64,000 nucleotides of DNA from Bacteriovoracia bacterium (GTDB lineage Bacteria; Bdellovibrionota; UBA1018; CAIPTA01), in NCBI GenBank assembly GCA_050246755.1, contig JBFWVL010000001.1, forward strand, positions 32,001 through 96,000. The letters are read 5' to 3'. The translations under genes were made by a program, and so were the position numbers. This document shows, in pieces, positions 40,475 to 51,866 of the stretch; position 1 is the first letter of the stretch, and every line of letters begins with the position of its first letter. A model generated the notes under the pieces. That model was not told where the DNA came from. It ran no database searches and worked only from the letters and a program-made list of their open reading frames with translations.

Positions 40475-41835
40475 ATGAAAGCCCTGAACCTGAAAACCCT
40501 AGTACTCGTGAGCTTGCTCACTCTACCGAGCCTCAACGCCCTCGCCTGCCAAGGCGGAAGCTGCGGCGGCGGCGGTAGCGTGATCAAGGGCATGACCCTC
40601 GATACTTATCTGCAAAAGAATACGGCTGCCGAGCCGAGCTTGAAGCCAGCGTGGGCAAGGAACTAAGCGCGGTAGAGCAAAAACTCCCCGAATTTGCCCG
40701 CGAATTGAAGCGCGGCTTCAAAGAGCTCGATTGGTATATGGTGGACGTTCCCCTAAAAGAACTCCCCTTCGAACGCACGAAAACGCCCTTTGCGATCAAA
40801 CAGGCTTCGATTCAAATCGAAGACAATGTGTTTACCGACAAAGCGGCCTACGCGGAACTTTCGAAAGAAGAGCAACGCAAACACATCGTGCATGAACTGG
40901 TGCGCCGGATTTTCCTGGCCGCCGAGGGCACGAATACTTCCGTGACCGAAGGAAGCGTGGCGAAGGCAACGAATCTTCTGATGGAATCGGGAAATATTTC
41001 CAAAGCGGAACTCCAAGCGCGCCTCGAAAGCCTGGGATACCAAACCAAGAATATCGTCCACGCCGATAAACCGGAAGCGAAGAGAAAGTTAGCAAGCATG
41101 GCCGACCCTGTGGCCACCTCGGTTAAAATCGTAGCGCCGATCACTCTGCTCGATGCGCGCGAAGTGACTGTAGCTTGCACTAACGGCGGCCCCATGAACG
41201 GTCCCAGTGAGATTGTAGGTCCTTCCAACAAGTACTCGTTGATGCTGGACATGTTGCAAGGAATGAAACGCGAAGACTATCCCGATACTTATAAGTCGAG
41301 TTACGAAGGTTACGGCGAAGCGTACGAGTCTGCAGAAATTGAGCCAGAGCTGTCTCCTAAACGCTTAAGCTTGTCCTATGGAAAAACCTGGATTTGGGCC
41401 AGAAATGAAGTGGGCGTTTACAGCCTCATGGAGGGGACTTCCCGGGAAGCCGTGTTAGTCCTAGAAGGCGGGCTGCCCAAAGTGGTCACGCAAGGCGCAG
41501 AGAATGAACCCGCCTTCACTCCTTACGGGCTAACGAACCAGGAAAGGCATATTACGGAGGTCTCCATCGTTGCCAATAGCAACTGGCTGGTAGATGGACG
41601 TAACGTTTCTATGCGAAACGCAAAGAATGGAGTGACCACTCCGATCAAGATCGACGGCAAGAAATACATCAATTGCCTCAAAGAGGGTTTCGAAAAGAAA
41701 TCCCGCGAAGCCGCCAAGCTCTCCGACCAAGCGGCTAACCCCGCGATGGTAAGCGAACGAGTGAGCCAGAAAAAAGCCGCCGGCGGAAACGCCGAAGAGA
41801 AATCGGAAGTAAAAAACTCCCGAGACGCCGAGTAA
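40475..41835 (+). pseudogene. Secreted protein with GGxxGGGG N-terminal motif, split by one frameshift near 40655
   Basis: The signal-peptide ORF 40475..40666 continues in another frame as 40651..41835 (PAWA|KELSAVEQ). Confidence 0.65.
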
Positions 41836-41848
41836 ACCCCAGCCCCGC

Positions 41849-42733
41849 CTAACCGCGGGGCTTTTTTTTCGTCAAACTCCGCAAATACGGAAAATACAAA
41901 ACCACGATCCCCGCCGCCACGAAGAAAAACCCAATGATCGCGCCGCGCGAAAGCGGCTCACCAAAGAAAATATATGCCGACAGCGCCGTGAACATCGGCT
42001 CGGCCAAGGTAGAAATACTCATGAGATTCACATTGAAGAACTGCAGGCAATAGGAAAACAGCGAATGCCCCAGCAACGTGGAGCCAAACGCCAGCCCCGT
42101 GAACCCGATCCAGGTATGCAGGGAATAGCCGAAAAAAGGCACACCGAGGACTACCATCGCCAGAGAAAAATAAACCGTCACGAAAGAGTACGTAGAAAAA
42201 GCAAATGGCAGATTATGAATCTTCTGCCGTAACCCCTTTCCCACCAAAATATAGGCCGAGAAAAGAATCGCGCAGATAAAGCCCCAAACATCCCCGATAA
42301 AATGCTCATGGCTCAGCGAAAGCGAATCCCGCATCATGAAATAAACGCCTACGAAGCACAGAAGTAAGGCGAGGCCATGCCGCTTCTCCATCTTCTCCCC
42401 GAAAAATACCCAGGCCCCGATCGCGGTGAAGAGAGGGTTCACGGCAAAAAGAATCATCGAGTTCGCTACGCTCGTCATCTGCACGGAGAGGAACCAGGTA
42501 TAGAAATGGGTAAAAAGAAAGAACCCGCAAATGGCCACTCCGCCCCACTGCCGGAGAGAAAATCTGCGGAAATCCCCCAAGCGCTTATGCCAGTAAAGAA
42601 ATCCTACTAAAACCGGCAGCGCAATAATCATGCGCCAAAACCCGATGGCGGGAGCCGGCGCCGCGGCTAAGCGAATAAAGATCGCGGACTGCGAAAGTAC
42701 AAAGAGAGAGGTGAGAAGAAGAGTAATCGGCAT
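41849..42733 (-). CDS. DMT/EamA-family transporter
   Basis: About 10 hydrophobic segments with LAEP and GE motifs. Confidence 0.88.
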   Translation of the reverse strand: MPITLLLTSLFVLSQSAIFIRLAAAPAPAIGFWRMIIALPVLVGFLYWHKRLGDFRRFSLRQWGGVAICGFFLFTHFYTWFLSVQMTSVANSMILFAVNPLFTAIGAWVFFGEKMEKRHGLALLLCFVGVYFMMRDSLSLSHEHFIGDVWGFICAILFSAYILVGKGLRQKIHNLPFAFSTYSFVTVYFSLAMVVLGVPFFGYSLHTWIGFTGLAFGSTLLGHSLFSYCLQFFNVNLMSISTLAEPMFTALSAYIFFGEPLSRGAIIGFFFVAAGIVVLYFPYLRSLTKKKPRG

Positions 42734-42757
42734 AAATCACTTAGTGCGCACTAAGTG

Positions 42758-44194
42758 CTACCCGACCGTGCCCTCTAATTTCATATCCAGCAACCGGTTC
42801 GCCTCAATCGCGAACTCCATCGGCAGCTGCTTGAACACTTCCTCGCAGTAGCCGTTGATGATGAGTTTTACCGCATTCTCCTGCGTGAAACCGCGCGCCT
42901 GGAGGTAAAATAGCTGGTCCTCGGAAACCCTCGAGGCCGTGGCCTCATGCTCCACCACCGCGGAGGGATTTTTCACCGTGATATAGGGAAAAGTATTCGC
43001 CTCGCACTGGTCGCCGATGAGCAGGGAATCGCACTGGGTATGATTCCTCGCGCCCTCCGCGCCCGGCAGGATCGTAACGGCGCCGCGGTAGGTATTCATA
43101 CCGTGCCCAGCAGAGATGCCTTTGGAAAGAATGCGGGAGCGCGTGTTCTTGCCGATATGGATCATCTTGGTACCGGTATCGGCCTGCATATAATTATTCG
43201 TGATGGCCACGGAGAAGAACTCACCGGTGGAGCCATCGCCCTGGAGAATGCAGGAGGGATATTTCCAGGTGATCGCCGAGCCGGTTTCTACTTGGGTCCA
43301 GGAGATATAGGAATTCTCGCCCTTGCAGAGGCCGCGTTTGGTTACAAAATTATAGATTCCGCCCTTGCCTTCCGCGTCGCCGGCGTACCAGTTCTGCACG
43401 GTGGTATATTTAATTTTGGCGTCTTTCAGCGCGATTAGTTCCACGATCGCGGCGTGGAGCTGGTTCTCGTCGCGCTGGGGAGCCGTGCAGCCTTCCATAT
43501 AGGAAACTTCGGCGCCTTCGTCGGCGATGATGAGCGTGCGCTCGAACTGGCCGGTGCCGGAGGCGTTGATGCGGAAGTAAGTGGAGAGATCCATCGGGCA
43601 CTTTACGCCCTTGGGGATATACACGAAGGAACCGTCGGTGAAGACCGCGGAGTTCAGGGCCGCGAAGAAGTTGTCGGACACTGGGACCACGGTGCCGAGG
43701 TATTGGCGCACCAGTTCCGGACACTCGTGCATGGCTTCCGAGATGGAGCAGAAAATAATCCCGAGTTTCTTCAAAGCTTCGCGATGGGTGGTCACTACCG
43801 ATACGGAATCGAATACGGCATCCACGGCCACGCCGGCCAGGCGCTTTTGCTCGTGGAGAGGGATGCCGAGTTTTTCGTAAGCTTCGAGGAGCTGAGGGTC
43901 CACCTCGTCGAGGGATTTGAGATTCGGTTTCTTCTTGGGCGCCGAATAGTAAATGATCGACTGGTAATCCACGGGCGTATACTTCAGGTAAGCCCACTGG
44001 GGCTCGCTCATCTTTTGCCACTTGGCAAAAGCGGCGAGGCGCCAGTCCGTCATCCAGGAAGGCTCGTTCTTCTTCGCGGAGATGAAACGGATGATATCTT
44101 CGTTCACGCCGGCGGGCGCCTGGTCGGACTCAATATCGGTGGTGAAACCGTATTTGTATTCCTCGTTCAGTCTTTTATCTAATTCGCTCATCAC
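42758..44194 (-). CDS. sufB: Fe-S cluster assembly protein SufB
   Basis: [21 protein letters not shown] and [12 protein letters not shown]. Confidence 0.97.
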   Translation of the reverse strand: MMSELDKRLNEEYKYGFTTDIESDQAPAGVNEDIIRFISAKKNEPSWMTDWRLAAFAKWQKMSEPQWAYLKYTPVDYQSIIYYSAPKKKPNLKSLDEVDPQLLEAYEKLGIPLHEQKRLAGVAVDAVFDSVSVVTTHREALKKLGIIFCSISEAMHECPELVRQYLGTVVPVSDNFFAALNSAVFTDGSFVYIPKGVKCPMDLSTYFRINASGTGQFERTLIIADEGAEVSYMEGCTAPQRDENQLHAAIVELIALKDAKIKYTTVQNWYAGDAEGKGGIYNFVTKRGLCKGENSYISWTQVETGSAITWKYPSCILQGDGSTGEFFSVAITNNYMQADTGTKMIHIGKNTRSRILSKGISAGHGMNTYRGAVTILPGAEGARNHTQCDSLLIGDQCEANTFPYITVKNPSAVVEHEATASRVSEDQLFYLQARGFTQENAVKLIINGYCEEVFKQLPMEFAIEANRLLDMKLEGTVG

Positions 44195-44511
44195 CAGATT
44201 CCTAATTTATCTTTTACTTCGTCCGAAGCCATCACGCGGGGATCCCACTTGGGATCGAACACGATCTGCACGTCGGCTTCCGTCACGCCCGGATATTCCT
44301 TTAGGCGATTCTTGATTTGATCCACGAGGTAGCCCGCCGAAGGGCAACCAGGAGAGGTAAGGGTCATTTTCACGTGGGCAGTAGAGCCCTCGACAGAAAC
44401 AGTATAGATGAGGCCCAAATCCACGAGGCTCAGGAATAATTCAGGATCCTGCACGGGACGCAGCCATTCGAGTAAAATAGTGGAATCGGCCGAGGGAAGG
44501 GTCTCGCTCAC
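44191..44511 (-). CDS. DUF59 / SufT Fe-S maturation protein
   Basis: DPEL[11 protein letters not shown] and MTLTSPGCP; GTG start. Confidence 0.88.
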   Translation of the reverse strand: MSETLPSADSTILLEWLRPVQDPELFLSLVDLGLIYTVSVEGSTAHVKMTLTSPGCPSAGYLVDQIKNRLKEYPGVTEADVQIVFDPKWDPRVMASDEVKDKLGIW

Positions 44512-44963
44512 TGAGCACCTCCGATTTGATTGATGGCGTCGTTCAGGGTGGTCCAGGGCAAGAGCGCGCATTTGATACGCACGGGGAAATTGCGGACACC
44601 CACGAGGCTCTCGAGGTCGCCTTCTACGGCGAGAGGGCACTCCTCCCCTTTCATCAGGGCGCGGAATCCCGCGATGGTTTTGGAAACCTCGGCCACGGGC
44701 TTGCCGATGAGCTCTTCGGTCATCATCGAGGCCGAAGCCATGCAAATGGAGCAACCTTCGCCGCGAAAACGACAATCAGCCATTACTTTTCCGTCATTAA
44801 TCAAAACGTCGATTTCCACGCGGTCTCCGCAGAGGGGATTATACCCTTCCGAATGCGAGGTGGGACCTTCCAGTTTGCCCTGGTTGCGGGGATGTCGGTG
44901 GTGATCGAGGATCACTTCACGGTAGAGGGCGTCGATGCCGCCGGCGCTTCGGTCCATACTCAT
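44508..44963 (-). CDS. sufU: SUF-system NifU-family sulfur acceptor
   Basis: LYREVILDH, NPLCGD, GCSICMASAS and RIKCALLPW. Confidence 0.93.
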   Translation of the reverse strand: MSMDRSAGGIDALYREVILDHHRHPRNQGKLEGPTSHSEGYNPLCGDRVEIDVLINDGKVMADCRFRGEGCSICMASASMMTEELIGKPVAEVSKTIAGFRALMKGEECPLAVEGDLESLVGVRNFPVRIKCALLPWTTLNDAINQIGGAQ

Positions 44964-46201
44964 CCGAAGTACTCCATAGCGGATTGCACCACTTCTGCGA
45001 GGCGATTCACTTCTTCCTTCGTATTGTAAAAATAGAAACTGGCGCGGTTGGTAGCGATCACGCCGAGCTTGCGCATGAGGGGCTGGGCGCAGTGGTGTCC
45101 GGCGCGGATCGCGATCCCTTCCGCGTCGAGGAAGGTGGCGAGATCGTGGGGATGCACAGTGCCGGTGGTGAAGCTCACGGCGCCGCCGTGGAGGCGAGCG
45201 TCGGCGGGGGCGAGCACCGAAATACCTTTGATCGCGAGCAGCTTTTCTTTGCAGTGGGCCACGAGGGAAGCTTCGTACTCGTGGATCCGGTCCATGCCGA
45301 TCGCGGCCAAATAATCGAGTGCGGTGCCGAAGGCGATGCTGTCGCCGTAGTTGGGCGTGCCGGCTTCGAACTTCCAGGGAAGCTCGTTCCAGGTAGTGGC
45401 CTCATCTCCCACGCGCAGAATCATATCGCCGCCGAACTGGTAAGGGGGCATCGCCTCGAGAATTTTTCGTTTCCCCCAGAGCACGCCGATCCCCGTGGGG
45501 CCGCACATTTTATGGGACGAGAAGGCCACGAAATCCACGTTGGGCCAATTCTTCAAATTGATATCCGAATGAGCCATCGCCTGGGCGGCGTCTACGAGCA
45601 CGGTGACGTCGTATTTTTTGGCGAGCGCGGAAATCTCGGTCACGGGATTGATGGTGCCGAGCACGTTACTCATGCCGGTGAAAGCGAGGAGTTTTACTTT
45701 TCCTTGGCTAAGGATTTTTTCCAGCTCCTCGAGGTGGAGGACGAAATCGCCCGCCACTTCCCAGATCACGAACTCGGCGCCCTTCTCTTTGCACAGGGAT
45801 TGCCAGGGCACGAAGTTCGAATGGTGCTCCATGCGCGTGACCACCACGCGATCGCCGGCCTGGATATTAGCGCGCCCCCAGGTGGCGGCCACGAGGTTGA
45901 TCGCCTCGGTGGTGCCGCGGGTAAAAATAATCTCGCCCTCGTCTTTGGTGCCGAGGTGGCGCGCGATCTTGCGGCGGGATTTCTCGTAGGCGTCGGTGGA
46001 TTCCTGGCTGAGGAAATGCACTCCACGGTGCACGTTCGCATTCAATTCTTTATAAACACGCGATTGCTCTTCGATCACGGCGAGCGGCTTCTGGGTGGTG
46101 GCCGCCGAATCCAGGTAAATGAGCGGCTTGCCCCGCACCTGGCGGGAGAGAATGGGGAAATCGGCGCGAAGTTTCAGCACTTCGGCGGGAGTCAGAGTCA
46201 T
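44960..46201 (-). CDS. sufS: Cysteine desulfurase SufS
   Basis: YLDSAATTQKP, SSHKMCGPTG and RAGHHCAQP. Confidence 0.96.
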   Translation of the reverse strand: MTLTPAEVLKLRADFPILSRQVRGKPLIYLDSAATTQKPLAVIEEQSRVYKELNANVHRGVHFLSQESTDAYEKSRRKIARHLGTKDEGEIIFTRGTTEAINLVAATWGRANIQAGDRVVVTRMEHHSNFVPWQSLCKEKGAEFVIWEVAGDFVLHLEELEKILSQGKVKLLAFTGMSNVLGTINPVTEISALAKKYDVTVLVDAAQAMAHSDINLKNWPNVDFVAFSSHKMCGPTGIGVLWGKRKILEAMPPYQFGGDMILRVGDEATTWNELPWKFEAGTPNYGDSIAFGTALDYLAAIGMDRIHEYEASLVAHCKEKLLAIKGISVLAPADARLHGGAVSFTTGTVHPHDLATFLDAEGIAIRAGHHCAQPLMRKLGVIATNRASFYFYNTKEEVNRLAEVVQSAMEYFG

Positions 46202-47409
46202 TGCAGTAGTCCCCTCTCTTTGGCGTCGAGCTCGGCGGAGGCGCGGGAATGGAAGCTCTCTCCCGGAATGCGGTCCAGCACGTGTTCGGCAAAACCACGG
46301 ATGATCATGCGCTCGGCTTCCCGCTTCGAAATGCCGCGGCTCTGGAGGTAGTGCACCTGCTCAGGGTTCACGCTCGAGATGCTCGCGCCGTGGCTGCATT
46401 TTACGGCGTCGTTTTGGATGATCAGTTTCGGAATACTATTCACGGTGGCTTTATTGCCGATCAAGAGGCTCTTCGACTTCTGGTTAGCCACGCAGTCGGT
46501 GGATTTGGGCGCGATCTGGATCAGGCCATTGAAGACGGCACGGGCCCGCTCGTTCATCACGAACCAGTAATTCATTTCGCTCAGCGTCTTGGGCGCTTTA
46601 TGGTTCATATCGAGCCAAAAATCGAAATGCTGATCACGCATTCCGTAGGAAGCGGCTTCGATATGGCATAGCGATCCCTCGCCGAGCAGATCCACTTGCT
46701 GGCGCAGCTGAGCTTTACGCCCGCCGAAATGCAGGGAAGTGATTTTCAGCTCGGCCCCCTCGCCGAGCTCGGCACGCTGGCGCAGCATCGCCTGGGTAGC
46801 CGAGCCGAAGCGCTGCAGGGTAACCAAGTGCAGCTTGGCATCCTTCGCCAAGCGCAGCTCGAGCATCTCGCCCACGAATATATCTTTTTCCCCGCTCCAG
46901 CTCTCGAGAAAGAGCACCGCTTCGGCGCCCTCTTCGAGCAGCACGAGGTGGCGGGAATGAAACTCGTTTTCGCTGGGAGAAGAAGCGATCCGCACCGGCT
47001 GCGTGAGCTTTACCCCCGCCGAAACGTGGAGGAAAGCGCCATTTTTCCAGCGCGCCGCCGTGAGCTGGGCGAACTTATCGTCGCGAAAAGAAGTGGAATC
47101 GCGAAAGGCCTGGCGCACGGCTTGGTTTCCGCCCACTGCGAGGTGTTCGAGATCGTCGAATACCACGCCCGTAACTTTCCCTGAAAGCGTGGCTTCCTCG
47201 CCGATGAAACTCAGGAGCGCGGATTCATCGGCCTGCAGCTGGCTTAGCTCCACCGGCACGGCAATATCGCTGAGGGCTTCGGCCTTTCCGCCAAAATTCA
47301 TCTCGCTCAGCGAAGTATTCCGAAAATTTTCATCCTTCAAGCTAGGCGTGGGTAGCGAGCGAAAACGCTCTTCGGCCTGATTGCGGGATATTTCTAGCCA
47401 GTCGCTCAC
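46198..47409 (-). CDS. sufD: Fe-S cluster assembly protein SufD
   Basis: PKLII...VKCSHGA and YLQSRGI. Confidence 0.9.
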   Translation of the reverse strand: MSDWLEISRNQAEERFRSLPTPSLKDENFRNTSLSEMNFGGKAEALSDIAVPVELSQLQADESALLSFIGEEATLSGKVTGVVFDDLEHLAVGGNQAVRQAFRDSTSFRDDKFAQLTAARWKNGAFLHVSAGVKLTQPVRIASSPSENEFHSRHLVLLEEGAEAVLFLESWSGEKDIFVGEMLELRLAKDAKLHLVTLQRFGSATQAMLRQRAELGEGAELKITSLHFGGRKAQLRQQVDLLGEGSLCHIEAASYGMRDQHFDFWLDMNHKAPKTLSEMNYWFVMNERARAVFNGLIQIAPKSTDCVANQKSKSLLIGNKATVNSIPKLIIQNDAVKCSHGASISSVNPEQVHYLQSRGISKREAERMIIRGFAEHVLDRIPGESFHSRASAELDAKERGLLQ

Positions 47410-48173
47410 AATTCTCCCTGGGCCACGGCGGCCTTGTCGCCCTCGAGCCATTCGTAGCCTTTTTCCTCGAGCTCCAGCGCCAACGAAGCTCCGCCGCTTT
47501 TTACGATCCGCCCCTGCAGGAACACATGCACCTGATCGGGTTTTACGTAGGTGAGCATGCGCTGGTAGTGCGTGATCAGCAGAATGCCCTTTTCTCCTCC
47601 GCGGAGCGAATCGATGCTTTCGGAAACGCGGCGGAGCGAATCGATGTCCAGGCCCGAATCGGTTTCGTCGAGCACCATTAATTTCGGATCAAGCAGGCGA
47701 AGCTGAAGGGTTTCGAGACGTTTCTTCTCGCCGCCCGAAAAACCTTCGTTGAGGAATCTCACCATGAAGGAATCGGGAATATCGAGCTTCGCCATTTCTT
47801 CCTTGATCAGCTTGCGCACATTGCGCGGCTCGATCTCGCCTTCGCGCACCGAAAGAATCGCCGAGCGCAGGAACTGCGCCACCGTAACGCCGGGCACGGC
47901 CACGGGATACTGGAACGCGAGGAAGATGCGCTTACGGGCGCGCTCGTCGGGCGAAAGGCCGAGAATACTCTCGCCGTGAAGCAAGATATCGCCCTTGGTT
48001 ACTTTATATTTCGGGTGGCCCATCAAGGTATTCGAGAGAGTGGTTTTTCCTGAGCCGTTCTTGCCCATGATGGCGTGCACTTCGCCGTCGTTGATCTTGA
48101 GGGAAACGCCTTTGAGCACTTCCTTGCCTTCCACTTCCACGTGGAGATCGCGAATTTCTAAAAGTGTTTTCAT
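47406..48173 (-). CDS. sufC: Fe-S cluster assembly ATPase SufC
   Basis: [24 protein letters not shown] and ITHYQR. Confidence 0.96.
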   Translation of the reverse strand: MKTLLEIRDLHVEVEGKEVLKGVSLKINDGEVHAIMGKNGSGKTTLSNTLMGHPKYKVTKGDILLHGESILGLSPDERARKRIFLAFQYPVAVPGVTVAQFLRSAILSVREGEIEPRNVRKLIKEEMAKLDIPDSFMVRFLNEGFSGGEKKRLETLQLRLLDPKLMVLDETDSGLDIDSLRRVSESIDSLRGGEKGILLITHYQRMLTYVKPDQVHVFLQGRIVKSGGASLALELEEKGYEWLEGDKAAVAQGEL

Positions 48174-48688
48174 TCCATTCTCCCGATCAAATCGCCAACT
48201 TTGGGCTGCCTTACTAATCTATTGCTGATGCGCTCGGCTTCGGAGCGCGCAAATTCGTCCACGCGGCGGCGCGATTCTTCCTCGGTTCGAGTAAGATCGG
48301 CGAGCGTGAGTTTTTCCAAAACGGTATCGAAATAAGAAAAGAGCACGTCCCACACCGGGCGCACGCTACAAGCCTTCAAGTGCACGCATTCCAGCTGCAG
48401 ACCCTTATGCTGATTGCAAAAATCGCTGCGCTCTTCGCGGAGCGCGCTGAACACCAGCTTCACGCTGATCTCCCCGGCGGGTTTTACCAGGCGAAATCCC
48501 CCCTGCATTCCGCGGGAAGCCTGTACCAGGCCGGCGCGGCGGAACAAATGCATGATCTTGCTCGCGTACTGAACGGAGATCCCTTCCCGCTCGGCAATAT
48601 GGGACGCTGCTAAGAGAGCGCCCTCCGGTAAGGAGGCCAATTGAAGGGCGCAGCGAAGCCCGTATTCTTCCACGGCGGAGATGTGCAT
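48170..48688 (-). CDS. Rrf2-family transcriptional regulator of the suf operon
   Basis: YGLR, wHTH, RG-x-x-GG and three C-terminal Cys. Confidence 0.9.
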   Translation of the reverse strand: MHISAVEEYGLRCALQLASLPEGALLAASHIAEREGISVQYASKIMHLFRRAGLVQASRGMQGGFRLVKPAGEISVKLVFSALREERSDFCNQHKGLQLECVHLKACSVRPVWDVLFSYFDTVLEKLTLADLTRTEEESRRRVDEFARSEAERISNRLVRQPKVGDLIGRME

Positions 48689-48717
48689 GAAATTCTTGTA
48701 CTCTTCGCTAAGGCCAA

Positions 48718-48741
48718 AATCAATACAAAGATGTATTAATT
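48718..48741. promoter_or_regulatory. Candidate Rrf2 operator palindrome
   Basis: AATCAATACA-AAGA-TGTATTAATT imperfect IR between rrf2 and pdxH. Confidence 0.45.
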
Positions 48742-48805
48742 GCGCTTGCGGCCAAAGGTGTATAGTGGATATAAATGATCGTAATCTTTGAAGAATAGGA
48801 AAAAC

Positions 48806-49399
48806 ATGGAAGTCTCCGATCTAGGAAACGATCCCTTTATCGCTTTCGCGCAATGGATGAAGGACGCCCGCACCAAAGGCCAACTGGAAAATCCCAACGC
48901 CATGGCTTTATCCACGGTGAATGCCGAGGGCAAGCCCTCGGTGCGCATGGTATTGCTAAAAGATTTTTCGGCCCAAGGATTCGTATTCTTCACCAACTTC
49001 GATAGCCGTAAAGGACAGGAGCTAGCCCAAAATGCGAACGTGGCTCTTTGCTTCTACTGGGACAAACTCCGCCGCCAAGTGCGTATCGAAGGCCGCGCCG
49101 AGAAGCTCCCCCGCAATCAATCGGAAGTGTATTTCCACTCCCGCCCCCGCGAGAGCCAGTGCGGGGCCTGGGCTTCGCCCCAAAGCGAAGTGATTCAGTC
49201 CCGTGCGCAGCTCGAAGAAGCGGCCCGGCTTATTTCCGAAAAATACGACGAGGAAATCCCCATGCCTCCGAATTGGGGCGGTTTTTGCGTAAAAGCCGAA
49301 GTAATGGAATTCTGGCAGCAAAATTCGGGAAGGCTTCACGATCGAATTCGCTTTAAGCGAGCGCAAACCGCCTGGCAAATAGACCGCCTCGCGCCCTAA
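48806..49399 (+). CDS. pdxH: Pyridoxamine 5'-phosphate oxidase
   Basis: RMVLLK, SRKG, RQVRIEG, EFWQ...RLHDR and RLAP. Confidence 0.96.
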   Translation: MEVSDLGNDPFIAFAQWMKDARTKGQLENPNAMALSTVNAEGKPSVRMVLLKDFSAQGFVFFTNFDSRKGQELAQNANVALCFYWDKLRRQVRIEGRAEKLPRNQSEVYFHSRPRESQCGAWASPQSEVIQSRAQLEEAARLISEKYDEEIPMPPNWGGFCVKAEVMEFWQQNSGRLHDRIRFKRAQTAWQIDRLAP

Positions 49400-49439
49400 T
49401 TGCTAGAATTTCCCCGGAAAATTTGCGACTATTCGGCGC

Positions 49440-50726
49440 ATGGTGGCAAAACTATTAGTACTAGCGGCTTGCCTCGCGTTTTCTCCCGCGCAAGCTCAGG
49501 CGAAAAAATTAGCTCCGGCCACTTGGCTCGAAAGCGAAGTGCCGTTTGCGATCAGCAAAATTTTTTTCCATAGCGCGCAGCCCGGAATGCCGGTGGGGTC
49601 CGTGATCGCCTCCCCTTCTCGCTCCGATCCCGACTATTATTTCCACTGGGTACGCGATGCCGCGCTCACGATGGAAACCTTCGTTACGCTCTATATCCAG
49701 GAAAAAAGCCCATCGCAAAGAGCCGCTTACCTTAACCGTCTCCTCGCCTACGCCGATTTTTCCGTGGCTAACCAAAAAGCCCATACGCTCACTGGCCTCG
49801 GGGAACCAAAATTCCACGTAGAAGGAACGCCCTTCACCGGCCCCTGGGGGCGCCCGCAAAACGACGGCCCCGCCCTGCGCGCGATCGTGTTCGTTCGCCT
49901 CGCGGAACAGTTGCTGGCCGAGGGCCGTGGCGAGCTCGTGAAGCGTGCCTTCTATGACGGAACACCCAGCTCTCTCGTGAAAACCGACCTCGAATACGTT
50001 TCGCACCATTGGCGCGATGCCAGCTTCGATCTCTGGGAAGAAGTGCTTGGCGACCATTTCTACACGCGCATGGTGCAGCGGCGCGCCCTCCTGCTCGGCG
50101 CTCGCCTCGCCCATACGTTGAACGACGAAGGCGCCGCCAGCTGGTATTTGCTGCAAGCGAGAGCGATCGAAAAGGAAATGGAAAAATTTTGGGACCCCTC
50201 GCGCGGCTACGTAAAGGCCACGCTTACCCAGCGCGCCGGGCTCTCCTACAAAAACTCCAATCTCGACGCGGCGGTGGTCCTCGCCGCACTTCACGGCGGA
50301 ATGAACGACGGCTTTTTCGATCTGCAAGACGAGCGAATCCAGAAAACGATCTCGCACCTCGTGGAAGCCTTTCGCGGCATCTACCCCATCAATAACCGCG
50401 GCCTTCCCGGAGTGGCCATCGGGCGCTACCCGGAAGACCTTTACGGCGGATCTCATTTTAACGGCGGAAATCCCTGGGTGCTTACCACCCTCGCCGTGGC
50501 GGAAGCCATCTACCGCACGGCAAAGTCGCCGGCCGAGATGGAGGTGGGCGATTCTTTCGTGGCGCGGGTGGCGTACCACGCCAACGGCGATGGCACTCTC
50601 TCCGAGCAAATGCACAAAGATTCAGGGTATATGTGCTCGGCGGAAAATCTTACGTGGAACTATAGCGCCGTGCTGAGCGTCTGGCAGGCCCGCAGAGCCG
50701 CCATCCAGAAAAAATCAACGCGCTAA
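49440..50726 (+). CDS. Secreted glucoamylase (GH15)
   Basis: WVRDAAL, LGEPKF, WGRPQNDGPALR, DLWEE, GRYPED-x-Y, GNPW and LSEQ. Confidence 0.92.
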   Translation: MVAKLLVLAACLAFSPAQAQAKKLAPATWLESEVPFAISKIFFHSAQPGMPVGSVIASPSRSDPDYYFHWVRDAALTMETFVTLYIQEKSPSQRAAYLNRLLAYADFSVANQKAHTLTGLGEPKFHVEGTPFTGPWGRPQNDGPALRAIVFVRLAEQLLAEGRGELVKRAFYDGTPSSLVKTDLEYVSHHWRDASFDLWEEVLGDHFYTRMVQRRALLLGARLAHTLNDEGAASWYLLQARAIEKEMEKFWDPSRGYVKATLTQRAGLSYKNSNLDAAVVLAALHGGMNDGFFDLQDERIQKTISHLVEAFRGIYPINNRGLPGVAIGRYPEDLYGGSHFNGGNPWVLTTLAVAEAIYRTAKSPAEMEVGDSFVARVAYHANGDGTLSEQMHKDSGYMCSAENLTWNYSAVLSVWQARRAAIQKKSTR

Positions 50727-51866
50727 GCGCAGCACGTTTTTCCCGAGCTCGAGCAAAAGAATAGAACAGTCCTGGGGCGGCATTGGTAGATCGCCATCGT
50801 CGTCGGCTTCCCCCTGCTCTTTGGCCACGTTTCGGCGCAGCCGAAAAGACAACTCGTTGATAAGGTCATGGGCCTCACGATCCTCGCCCAGAATTCCCTC
50901 GAGCAAATTCGGCTGCTGCTCTCCCACGGCTTCACTCCAGCCGTCCGATGCGATTAAGAGACGGTCTCCCGGCTCGAGCATCAGCTCGCGCGTTGCCGGA
51001 ACCTCGCCCTTATCCTTGGTGAGCGGAGCCCGATCGCCCTTGGTTCCCCAGGCGAGAGCGCCGGTTGCTTTTTTCTGGAGCGCGAATACGCTGCCGCAGT
51101 CGACATAGCGCAGGCGATAGGTTTTGCGGTCGAGGATTCCGTAGAAAATCGAGAGGCGGTCTTTTTCCTTCATTCCATCGCGCAGCTTGGTGAGCAGGCT
51201 GCGCACGATCAGTGAGGGATCCTCGAGCTCGGCGGCGGCGAAGTTCACCGAGAACTGCATGAGAGCGCCGAGCAGGCTCGAGGATAGGGAATAGCTCGAG
51301 CAATCCGTGAGCAGAATTCCCACGTGCAGGCCGTCGGGAAACTCGAAAACGTCGAAATAATCGCCCCCTGATTTCAGCCCGCAGAGGTACTTGCTTTTGA
51401 TGGAGAGGCCGCCGATGGGCGGAAACTTATCGCGGATCAGGCGCCGCTGGATTTTTTCGGCGAGGGTGATGTCTTCCTGGAGCTGCTTCACTAATTTCGG
51501 AATAGCTTGGCTGGACTCTTCCGCGTCGCGCAGGGCTTGCAGCAGCTCGTGCATGCGCACGATGCGCCCGAGGTCGAGAGGACGAAGCGGCAGTAGAAGC
51601 AGATCGTCGGCAATTCCCTCTTCGTAGCTCATCGGGAGGGCGTCTTTTTCCGCGCAGAAAGTCACGAAGGTGGCGTGCGCGGATGAATCGCGCTTGTCGC
51701 CGAGAGCGCGCATGGATGCATCGTCGAGAATGAAAATATCGGCTTCACCGAGGTGACGGGGCAAATCGGCGGATTTTACGTGAACGCATTTCACGTCGGG
51801 CAGGCTGGCCTTCAGCTCTTGGAGCAGGCTTTCGTTGGTGGTGCAGATACGCATTGGCTTCTCCAT
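50715..51866 (-). CDS. SpoIIE/PP2C-family phosphatase with degenerate receiver-like N-terminus
   Basis: AEKIQ, GGDYFD and GDRLLIASDG. Confidence 0.8.
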   Translation of the reverse strand: MEKPMRICTTNESLLQELKASLPDVKCVHVKSADLPRHLGEADIFILDDASMRALGDKRDSSAHATFVTFCAEKDALPMSYEEGIADDLLLLPLRPLDLGRIVRMHELLQALRDAEESSQAIPKLVKQLQEDITLAEKIQRRLIRDKFPPIGGLSIKSKYLCGLKSGGDYFDVFEFPDGLHVGILLTDCSSYSLSSSLLGALMQFSVNFAAAELEDPSLIVRSLLTKLRDGMKEKDRLSIFYGILDRKTYRLRYVDCGSVFALQKKATGALAWGTKGDRAPLTKDKGEVPATRELMLEPGDRLLIASDGWSEAVGEQQPNLLEGILGEDREAHDLINELSFRLRRNVAKEQGEADDDGDLPMPPQDCSILLLELGKNVLRLAR

